Shown: in pieces, positions 53,475 through 64,000 of the stretch
Position numbering within the stretch: position 1 is the stretch's first letter
Layout: each line of letters begins with the position of its first letter
NCBI RefSeq assembly: GCF_964204645.1
Contig: NC_134029.1
Location: 17,478,950-17,542,949, forward strand
DNA: 64,000 bases
Origin: Tubulanus polymorphus
Taxonomy: Eukaryota > Animalia > Nemertea
Direction of reading: 5' to 3'
The notes under the pieces: generated by a model
The model's database searches: none
What the model saw: the letters and a program-made list of their open reading frames with translations, nothing else
What the model was told of the DNA's origin: nothing
Made by a program: the position numbers and the translations under genes

Positions 53475-53929
53475 AAACGTCGTATCATGAAAACTCTCCG
53501 TGTATTGAAACGAATCCACATTCTTATCAGATACGTGTGCGCATTACTATAAACTTTACCAACTGTGAAGACTAAATAAACGACGTCAATGCGCAGAATC
53601 CATAATTTTACTCAATGATTTATTTTCCGTCTCATATAACTGCGATTAACTTCAAAAATGGAAACAACGCGTTTTAAAACAAGTTTTCTTAATGTAAAGT
53701 TATAATATATGATCTTCATTTGATTAAACATTTAATATAATTATTCTTAGCGTAACACGTAGCGGATATCAAACAATAGATCTTTGCAAGATATAAAAAT
53801 GTGTCCAAACACACCGAATATCCTTAGTTTCAAGTGACTGGTGCATTCCAGAATTTCTAGCTTATAATACATTAAACTTGAATTCTGACTATAGCAACAG
53901 TTTAGCAACGTTTGACATTATGCCATTAT

Positions 53930-54870
53930 GACATTAAAGATCTATATCGACGATCGTGAAATTGAACGTGTCCACACTTGGTAGTCTACCGATTTTTTGG
54001 GGGTTTAAATAGAGGAAAAACTGTCATGGGATGATCACATAAAATCTATATGTAAAAAAGTGTCACGTTGTGTTGGCGTTCTTCATCGTGTTAAACACAA
54101 GTTTTCTTCCAATTCTTTACATACCTTGTATTTATCCTTAATAGTGCCATATCTTCAATATTGTAACATTGTTTGGGGAAGAACTACTGATTATAAACTG
54201 CATCCATTAACAATTCTACAAAAACGTGCTGTCCGTTTGGTCAGCAAATCCCATTATTTAGAACACACTGATTCTATTTTTGTTCGGTTAAATATACTAA
54301 AAATTAAGAATATTAACAAACTCCAACTAGCTTTATTTTGTACATAAATTCGTCAATTAAAAATTGCCTAGGACCTTAAACAACTATTGGAACTTCAATT
54401 ATCAAATTCATAATAAACCTACGCGTAATAGATTTAGAGTAAGATTGCCTCATTTTAGAACTGTAACTAGAAAATCTTGTGTCAAAATATCCGGTCCCCT
54501 ATTATGGAATACTCTATCAGAATCAATTCGAACTATTCAAAGCGAACCTGCCTTTAAGCGTACCTAAATAAAATCATTATTCAACACTTTGTAAATTTCC
54601 ATTCTATACAAACCTATGTTAATGTGAAATATGTAAAACATTTTTTTTTTCTTTTCGCCTGTTAATTACTTGTGTGCATGATGTGTGAGTGTGATGAATG
54701 CGGTGTGGGGTGTGGATGCTTCTGGGTGATACGGCTTAGATAGACGGTTTCTCAGTCTATCCGTGTAGCCCCATTATCCTGTTACTTTTTCCTTCGTTTC
54801 ATCAAACTCATTATATCGTCCAATAATGTAACATCGTAATGAAAATAAATTTCAATTTCAATTTCAATTA
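53930..54870 (+). mobile_element. 3' end of an L2/Crack-like LINE
   Basis: LYLSLIVPYLQYCNIVWG..LQKRAVRLV..GPLLWN, then AATAAA and a (TTTCAA)n tail. Confidence 0.88.
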
Positions 54871-55594
54871 TGTACTATATATTGATACAAATACTGAATA
54901 ATATTATTTTTATTATATCTCACATATTGTATATGTTGTAAATATCGTGTTTTTTCCAGCTCAACGAGCGTTGTACACCTCGGTACGAAATAAAGAAATA
55001 ATGTCAAATCAAGTCGGAACTTTTAACACGCTGAATGAACACACACTACTCAGATAATGCCTAAAATTGGAATCACACCAAAATTGTATAAAGAGATTTT
55101 AATTATCTCCTTACGTAAAACAAACCACGAAGAATCGTTTCCTAGGGCTTCACATCATAAGAGGCAATGCAGTGTGTGCATGAATTAAGAGACATAGACC
55201 TAGCTATGTGAGTTTCGATTTATTCAAAATGATTTCTCCGGAGCCAGGTTCAGACAACGCGAATATTTTGGTGAAGCCATTATACATTATCTCATCCCTC
55301 GTGGCCTCTATGGAACATAATAACTATTGACTGGATACGTATCTCCCTGCGCATTTTGGCTATTTATTCAATCACTTCCTTCCAATTATTTCGTCTAAAC
55401 AAGTTTCAACGAGTGAAACGTGTTAAGTTATAGGTTTTGATAATGTAAGTTTTGGAGATATTTCCATTATTAAACCTTCAGCACGCGTTTCATCATTGCA
55501 AACATATTACAACGTAGTACGAAAGCGAAAAGAGAGAAAATAGGTAGTGCATGTATCGAAAAAAACACAGGTTTCAAAACTATTATCAAAATAC

Positions 55595-56012
55595 AATTCA
55601 ATTGAATTCAATAATATTTTTATTGTACTAATTATCCTTTCGGGTCGAGATGTACAGAGTGATATTTACAAATAGTATTTACAAAACATAAATATTTAAC
55701 ATTAATATGACAATAAGAAGAACAACAGTAGTTTCTTGTTAGTTACCAGAGTCTAGGATTTCAAAGCCTTTAGAGATGTATTCCGCAAATGTAGTTCTTT
55801 CTTTGCGAGAAGCTTTTTTGGTTTGGTCGTCCCAATTTGGAGCATCCGGGTATATACAACTCACGGTATATACAACTCACTGCTCTGTTTAGGTCATATC
55901 TAATTTCTTTAAGTCGTGAGCATTCTATTACGAAATGAAACTCATCTTCAATGGCATTACAATATTGGCACAATCTATTCTCTCTCGGCAAGTTGGTATA
56001 TCTGATATACAA
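55595..56012 (-). mobile_element. 3' end of a LINE (C-terminal zinc-knuckle-like motif)
   Basis: RYTNLPRENRLCQYCNAIEDEFHFVIEC, with downstream AATAAA and (ATTGA)n-like tail on the minus strand. Confidence 0.8.
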
Positions 56013-58807
56013 CTAAAACAACCGGTTGCAAATTTGCAGATTATAATCAGCTATTGGACATAGCTGTCGGCTATCGTTTATAATACTCATAGGTCAGGCT
56101 CAGGAGGCAATGAATCAACGATGTTTACATAATTGGGCTCAAGATGTCTCGAGGTAAAAAAATTCTTTTTCAGTTAAAATCGAGATCATATGAGTAGTAA
56201 ACTAGGCCGTAAACTAGGGCTCCAGGGACACCATGCCCACATGGGAAATGGTTTGAAATGTTAATCTGACAATATTCAATGCTCCCTGGTGAACATATAC
56301 ACGAACCATTGACATTGGCGTTCATCGTAATGATAGTAAACTGGAGTAATGAATGATTTTATTTGGCCCAAAACTTCAAACTGAACGATTTATTGGCAGT
56401 GGAATTTAGTCGGCTCATGCCCTTGGAGACCATACGAACTTTGATAACCTGTACCCGTGTGCTATTCTAACTGGAGCATTGAGCATTCTGTAAAACTGTT
56501 TTGATGCAGTGAGAGTCTATAATTAGAATTCCTGCTCAATGATCGGCTGAAATTGTATCTGCCTCCGTTTGATCCGCCTGTAAATATTTTCACACGCGTT
56601 CATAGCCATTGTACTAGTTTAGTTTATACCATGATTGACTAACACACCGATTTCAAGGCGACAACATAGTTTTGGAGATATGTCAATCCAAATTCCATGT
56701 GAGATTGTATCTTATGACATTGTTAAAAATATTATATAACATCAAGTCTATAAGTTAAAACCGTGCTGCCTACAAAAAACCTTTTCCATCTGCGAATGGG
56801 GACTGATGACAATAAGATTGTGTGACAATTCTGATTGGTTCGAAATTGACCTGTATGGTCGAAAAAAGTCAAAGGATGGCATCTTGTGTTGATATGTAAT
56901 GGGTACTGGGGCGATACAAACATAAATGAAAGATCATGATGATTAAATGAAGCGATTTCAGATATGCTTCAAATTGCTGATTTGGCGAACAACAATGACC
57001 ACAGTCAGACCAATTGTTTGGCTACTTATGTGTCTACAGTGTATCTCAGGAAAAATATTATCTAAGCTTTATGATTAATCATTCATTACCTATGATATCA
57101 ATAAATTTGGGGGTAGGTTAATAGACCTAGCTGGATGTTTGCTCAGGATGGAATGTTGAAATGCAATAATAAGTCATGCATGGCTGAGCACTACCGCGTT
57201 TCTGAATGATCATGAAAATGGAGTCGAACCAAAAACAAGAAATATGGATCGTTTCATCGTGTACTTGTATCGATAAACGGCCAACTGCCGTTTGAAACTT
57301 ATCAAATCAAAAGGCAGATTTTTCTTAATACAATTGTTGGTCCTCTTTACTAATTAAGCTGCTCCAGAACTAGACTCCTACTGGTGGTGTTTTGAATCCT
57401 TGGTTTAACAATTCCCCACAAATGAAATATGACAAGGAGATCCGGTGATTCGGTGATTTTAAATTAGTTGAGTTTCCATATTTCATAACGAATTTATCAT
57501 TAGTATCATGCAAAATTATACGTATTGTACATAGATCTTACGGTGTACGGAAATAATGTACCAGGTTATATTTTCCCAGTTGTATCAGCACAGTTTGAAT
57601 TGTAGAAATATTACACAAATCAGTAATTTCTTTTAAAATACAAAAATTGGGAGAGACAACTTTCATTGAAACGCTCTTTAAGATCGAGAAAAGGGGAGTT
57701 TTACCTATACCATAGATTGTGTTAGCCATATAGGGGAATCTTATATGTAAGCGATCAATTTCTACGGGATCTTTACCGCTAACCATCGTTAGACAGTTTG
57801 GCTTCCTTCTATAAGGCTAAGCTATGCGGGGTTGATTTTGAATAAAATAATTAGTCCTAACAACTACACACTTCACATTCAGATTTAACTGCATAGTCGA
57901 AATCCTCCTCATAATAGCGATGATTAATGTTAGAAATAGGTCATTCGTAAATAATCTTTGGTATTATTGTTTGTTATGTAATTCCTTCGCGGATGTTGCT
58001 GACTTTATTGATGCCCTTATCGTGATATCGCTAGATAATATCTGTCTATTTATTAACGATTCGAATACAAGTGACAATATAATTATCTTGCCCCAGACTG
58101 ATATCGACGTTACGTTTCAATATAAGGGCAAAGCTCGGCACCAGTGTATATAGTTTTACGATGCTTTACGAGTGGTGTTGATCAACAATTTTGTCCAGTT
58201 CCTGGTAATTCTTAGGGATCATGGTCAAAGTTGTAGTGTTCATGGAAAACGTCGAAACGTGGAGGATTATCCGATAAACAAGTACGGAGACTGTACGTGT
58301 AAGACACGTCTATATAAGCAACTTTAAGACGGGTCATTGTTATGATCAGCGAGCATCCTCAGGTAAAATAGCTCGTCTGCGATATGGAAATTCCAATACG
58401 TTTGTATTTCGAATGTTTGACTTACGAGCGGTAGTGAGATACTTCTTCGCACTTTTAAGCTTATCAGTTTAGACGCTCGTTTAAATTCAGTTAGTGATTC
58501 CTGCTCACGTGCAACGGAAGATAATTATTTCGGACTGACTGGAATTCCACATTTTGGATGATACATATTTTCTATTTATCCGCCGGATAAAACGTACGCG
58601 GAAACTACAAATCGACGCAGGAAAACCATTAAACTATACCAGGACATTTAGTATCTAGGACGTGGAACGTTATCAGTCATTAATGTTTGCCAAGTCATTA
58701 CAGCAACTACTTACGAGCTTTAATATAAAGAAAACCCGGGAGTCGGTGTGTGATACAATTTAACTGGTATTGATAAGCTTAGGTGAATTACGAATGGTTA
58801 AATAGAA

Positions 58808-60007
58808 ATGGAATACTATTCTATCGGTAATAGTTCAGACCCTGGCGTCGACGGAAGTGGCAAAAGTACGGAAATATGGAGAATGGCGCCAATGACACCG
58901 ATAATGCGAAACGACACAAACAACTTGTCGATAGTAATGTCCCCGAACTCGACAACGTGCGATCAGTTTCTAAACGCAGAAGCCGTGATAGCAGCCGTGG
59001 AATACTACGTACCACCGATTGTCCTCACTATAGGTCTGATCGGCAATACGCTTAGTTTTTTCGTTATGATAAGACCATGGAATCGACGGAATAGTACGTG
59101 TTTTTTCATGGCAGCGTTGGCCATTGCGGACAATCTAGTTTTACTCTGTTGGCTATTACAATGGCTACTCGACTATTATATCGGTGCAATTTTGACCACG
59201 TGGCTGTGTAAGAGTAGGAAATATCTGGTGATGACTATGTTCAGGATATCGGCATGGATTATAGTCGCTATGACAATTGATAAAGCGATAGCCGTCAACT
59301 TTCCAATCAAATCGACGCGAATTTGTACATCGAAATATGCTAAAATTGAAGTAATTGTTTTAACTATACTTCTTTTGGTAACGAATGCTCAATATCTGGT
59401 TATTTCGGACATTGTATTCTTTCAAGCGACCGGCAAACGTCAATGCGTGTTTGTCCACGCGACGCCAAGTGCCCTTCAAATAATTAACCTCACAGGTTTA
59501 CTTTCCGGAACTATTCTTCCCATTTGTTTCATAGTAATTGCTAATTTGTGCATCGTATTTGGCATAAATCGGGCCAGAAAACGAGGCATGAACTTAGGAC
59601 TGCGGAGACCGAGTCGAGTTCACGAGGCACGAATGACCCGTTCACTGCTGCTGGTATCGTGTGCTTTCTTACTATTTGTGTCACCGTTCAGAATACTAAT
59701 ACTCGTCAAAGATGAAATGACCCTTACAAAGTGTACAACTAATGCCGAGATAATGGCCATACTTTCGGCAATATTCAGAAGTTTTCTATTCGTAAATAGC
59801 GCCGTCAATTTCATCCTCTACTGTATCGGTGGCGGAACAAAGTTCAGATTAGAATTGCGTGACATCCTTAGACTTCCATTAGGTGGCGGGAAAAGGAAAT
59901 CAGGTCGTAATGGCGGACATCTACCTGGCCAACGAACGCTATCAGCAAGTTCGGTATCAACAAGCATCACCCGAACTCGATCACCAACTACAACTTCACT
60001 CGTATGA
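58808..60007 (+). CDS. Intronless class A GPCR (FMRFamide/peptide-receptor-like orphan), 399 aa
   Basis: GLIGNTLS, ALAIADN, CK in TM3, MTIDKAIAVNFP (DRY changed to DKA), LP in TM5, FVSPF in TM6, NSAVNFILY in TM7, Ser/Thr-rich tail. Confidence 0.93.
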   Translation: MEYYSIGNSSDPGVDGSGKSTEIWRMAPMTPIMRNDTNNLSIVMSPNSTTCDQFLNAEAVIAAVEYYVPPIVLTIGLIGNTLSFFVMIRPWNRRNSTCFFMAALAIADNLVLLCWLLQWLLDYYIGAILTTWLCKSRKYLVMTMFRISAWIIVAMTIDKAIAVNFPIKSTRICTSKYAKIEVIVLTILLLVTNAQYLVISDIVFFQATGKRQCVFVHATPSALQIINLTGLLSGTILPICFIVIANLCIVFGINRARKRGMNLGLRRPSRVHEARMTRSLLLVSCAFLLFVSPFRILILVKDEMTLTKCTTNAEIMAILSAIFRSFLFVNSAVNFILYCIGGGTKFRLELRDILRLPLGGGKRKSGRNGGHLPGQRTLSASSVSTSITRTRSPTTTSLV

Positions 60008-62514
60008 CAAGGCTAACTGTAATTCACTTGTGTTATGTGGTAGGAAAGTGTCAACCACTCTCAGCATTATCATCGAATGTAGTTGACCCCGTAGAAACGT
60101 TACAAAGATGTTTTTATACATTGATAACTACTACTGTATGTGCAGGTGCACTATGTATATATCGGTATAGCACTTACAAATGCCTATACATATCGGCGTT
60201 CATTTTGCATATGAATATATTTCACGACTCTTATTTTCTATTTAATGAATTTCACGTCGATTTGATAATGCGTTCTATTTTCACGTACCGTAGTGTATAT
60301 CAAGTGGATGTGCATTACGTCATCAATATTGTGGGAGTTAAGCGTTCATTTAGTATATGATTATATGATATTTCATATGGCTCTTTTTTTCTGTTTAATG
60401 AATTATCGTATCTTATTAATAGTGATTTGAATTTCAATTTTTCGTAGAACATTCATCCACGACAGGGTCGATAATTCGTTTCAGTTGTCGATATTTATGC
60501 CTACCTGCGACCAAAATGTGCCCAGCAAGATTCATCTGAACGTCAGGCAAGTTTTTTGGATCTTAAAATAGGGATTGACCCGGTAATCTATTTGATTGTT
60601 AGATTTCGTTTGATTTGTTTTGATTTCGTGTCCCTTAAAACCCACCGCTAGCCGGGATCGAAACAGGGGGTTTGATTTTGAAATCGGAAATCAAATTTTA
60701 GATATGGTTACGCAATAATACCTTTTTTACTCATCACCCCCTTTTGGAAAAGTGACGAGGGACGCAGATTTTTATTTTAACCTTCCTTTAAAAAGAAAGA
60801 TATAGAAATAAAAAGCCTCATTCTAAATTTCAAAAGTGACGAGAGCAACTATTTTACATTATTCAAATGGGGAGATTTAGGCGTCAACGAGCTTGAGCCA
60901 GGATAGATAGATAGATAGATTTATTGCTCACAAAATTTACAAATTTGCGAAGAGCAAAAGCCAGTTACAAGATACATTATACAAATTACAGACAATGAAA
61001 ATTGACAGTACATACAATTGGTGGGCATATGTGTGCAACAGGTGCATTATCTGGCATTTATGCATTTATGACATTATTTAGGATGATAGCACCTCGTCAC
61101 TGAAATGTTCACCTGCCATAGTAACGACTGTGAGACAAAAATGTAAAAATGTGTGATCCGGTTTCGTTCGGGATACGTGCGCGGGTGTTTTACTTTTCAA
61201 AAAAAAAACGAAAACAGACTTCTGCATGCGGGATGCGCATTTTTATTTGCATTTTTGACGGACGAACTTAATTTCTGATGCACGCAGAAAATGCAACTGA
61301 TGAGAAACAAGCTATTATGGTTGCGTGGCTAATAGTATTGTCATAGGCGGCCATATTATTTACAATATTTTTCAGGCAATTTTAACAGTTGTACGCCCAA
61401 CAGGGCCAATCCCATCCTAGCTTGCCAGGTTTTGTTGCATTTCGTCGAAGGTCGTGCAAACAAATTCAAGCATTTTAAACGACCAATGCATTTATTATTG
61501 TAAGATATAAACTGTTTATGTAAACCAAATCATACAATCTTTTGTCAGGAAGTTCATTCTAGTACGCTGAAACTCTCGTAGGATGCTTCGATTTGGCATT
61601 TCGTAACTTCGCATGATACTTTTGGGGTATTTCCCTAAACTTTTTTCAAAATGCGGCGCTTATGTTGACACAAACCGTGGCAACCATCGATGGACTCAAA
61701 GTTGTGATTTCTTTAAAAGACACCCTCGAGTCTAAGAAAGAAAGAAGTTTCTAGGAGGTGATTAGATTGATTCCGGTGTTCCATTTATATAAATCGTGTA
61801 AGTAATAGCGGTGATATGATAAAGTTAAATAGTTTGGAGATGAATACCATTAAATTAATTAAGAATGCATGTTATATCTGCCAAATATTTCATATTTACA
61901 GTAAACGTTGACTTTAAATGAATCTACACTAAACGAATGCGTCGTGTGCCATCTACAAATAAACCAATTAACATCTCATTCTTTCGTTGCGTTCATTCAT
62001 ATTTGCAAAAAAAAACCAATTTGCGATTTCGACCACACAGATCGCTGATCGAGTCCCGAGACATTTGAAATCAAGGATCACCATGGATTATAATGTCACA
62101 ATAACAAAACTCTGAAAATCACGGTACGTATCTTAAAAAGGCCACGCTTCAAAACAGAACGTAAATTGTCAACGCGTGGTCTTAAGTAGGGTATTGCATA
62201 GTATAGTTCCTACGCGTATGCTTACTGCGTTGTTCGGTTTATGTGTAACCCAAAGAAAGTTGTCATGTCGACACATTCACATCGCCAGCAATTAACATTC
62301 CATGTGTCAACGTGTCGACGTATATACCAACCGACATATTAACTATTAACGATCTCTTAACCTCATACACCAAACACATCACGTGACCAAACACATGATA
62401 AACCCCATAGTTAAAATACAAATTGCATTTCTATTTTTCTTTAGTCAATTCCAGTTCTCTGATATTAGTTTCAACACGGTTAAGCATTCAAATTCACAGG
62501 AGATTCATTATTTA

Positions 62515-62685
62515 TTTTCATCACTGTCATCGTGAGATGCGCCTCCAAAAAAACAAACGTGGGGACAGTGAAATATGGCATTGTTCACATTGCTACATAA
62601 CGACGTCGATGCGTGCCGGCTCTTTTTTTTCAAAATCAAAAATGAAACTTTCGCAGCTGATGCTTATAGTTTACTGTTTCGGTTT
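62515..62685 (+). mobile_element. Merlin/IS1595-like transposase N-terminal zinc-ribbon fragment
   Basis: HCHREMRL..GDSEIWHCSHC..SMRAGSFFSKSKMKL..IVYCF fits the W.C..C..S.R.GSFF..SKL.L motif of Merlin transposases; no DDE domain follows. Confidence 0.7.
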
Positions 62686-63669
62686 AGATTTACTTCTCTT
62701 GTTTGTTTGTGTTTTGTGGTCACCCGTCAACCAGTCAACCCACGATGCTTGTACATACATTGGCGACAACATTGCGACGTGTCGTCCGTCGACCGTCAAC
62801 TAGCGGATGATAGGTCTATGCGCTCTATCGTCTCTCATTTTTGTCACCACGATCCTTGTACATAAATTGGCGACAACATTGCATCGTGTCATCCGTCGAC
62901 CGTCAACCAGCAGGTGAGATATGCACTCTATCATCTCTTCAATGGGCCAACCAACAAACAACCAACAGTAGTCAACTGTCACTAGTCGTCGGTCAACCTG
63001 TACATGAACTGTTCCTTTGCTGCGCATTAATACCCAATTACCAATGTATTCATGCGCCAATGTATTAATGCGCTGATACATTAACCGCACAACTTATCAA
63101 CTCTATGCCAAGGCACTATACTATGCTATATCCGACTTGGGCCAAATCGTGGGGAGATGTATTTAAGTTGAACGCACGAGTCCCCCGGTGACTGAGAGGT
63201 CCGTTCCCCTGAATCTCTCGCGGTAGTTGATTCTCAACGAAAAGTAATTATTGGTATCGAACGGATAGTCAATTTACACACGACAAATAGTTAGATACGA
63301 GTAGTTAATTCTATACTCGACGAATATAGTTGATCTGATATGGTACGAACAGTTAGCAAACCTATACACGTCAGAGAGATGACTTCAGATTCTACGAATC
63401 TCCGCCACGAATCTACATCCGCAGACGAACAGTCACCACAATGTATCCAATATAGCGAAAATCCAACTTGATACCACTTATCCAAACATCATACATAATA
63501 CAAAATATCTCACCGATAGCTTTTATTAAAGCGATATAACAAGACGAAATGTAGAACACGGGGTAATAGTGCAAGGAAGGGTATTGGAACATATTCCATA
63601 CGTTAGTTGTGATTCGGTTCTCCATTTTGACGTGATTCGAAGACCCACCGAATGTAAACCGGTGAAATT

Positions 63670-64000
63670 ATATACTGGGCGACTGGGTGACTGGTTGACT
63701 GGCCCACCAGTCGACGAGATGACTGGATTACAGGCCGACTGGATGACTGAATGTCCGGGTGACTGGTCGTTTGGTTGACTGCTTATCTGGATGACTAGTC
63801 GACTGGATGACATAACCATCATCCCCATCTCCACCATCTTTATCATCTCCAAAATCACCTTCCCCAGCAAAAATACCACGATCGCGATCGCAGCCATCAT
63901 CTCCATCACCTTCCAGCATCACTATCACCATCACCACCATTTCTACCATCACCACCTTCACTTCCAGCACCATCGCCATCATCATCATCATCATCATCAT
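63670..64000. repeat. Degenerate (GACTG)-rich repeat followed by a (CAT/CAC)n microsatellite
   Basis: Visible directly; explains the poly-Met/Val ORFs at the window end. Confidence 0.9.

Noticed and set aside
63526-64000. Met/Val/Asp-rich minus-strand ORFs
   Set aside because: Translations of (CAT/CAC)n low-complexity sequence.

Overview
Eukaryotic, intron-rich animal DNA, most likely a marine invertebrate (species not determinable from the sequence). It is not prokaryotic, so the ORF track misses most real genes. Reading splice sites by hand gives seven genes: (1) a 13-exon secreted serine protease with two degenerate F5/8C (discoidin) domains (975-12261, +); (2) a complete 6-exon LAMTOR1/p18 (14552-22533, -) with a palindromic 24-bp minisatellite in an intron; and (3) five class-A GPCR genes between 23.3 and 60.0 kb. 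These are a recent tandem pair of intronless receptors, a two-exon neuropeptide receptor with a 14-kb intron, a frameshifted intronless receptor and an intact intronless receptor. The rest is transposon debris: LINE 3' ends, Penelope-like fragments with minimal hammerhead ribozyme motifs, a Helentron-type element, a Harbinger MITE with a nested 50-bp palindromic insert, a Merlin transposase fragment and small MITEs. Most worth following up: an intact-core hammerhead motif in a GPCR intron, divergence concentrated in extracellular loop 1 of the GPCR duplicates, a hairpin-capped AT-rich element of unknown origin, and the protease's remodelled S1 pocket and loop insertions. Several frameshifts sit in homopolymers and may be assembly errors.
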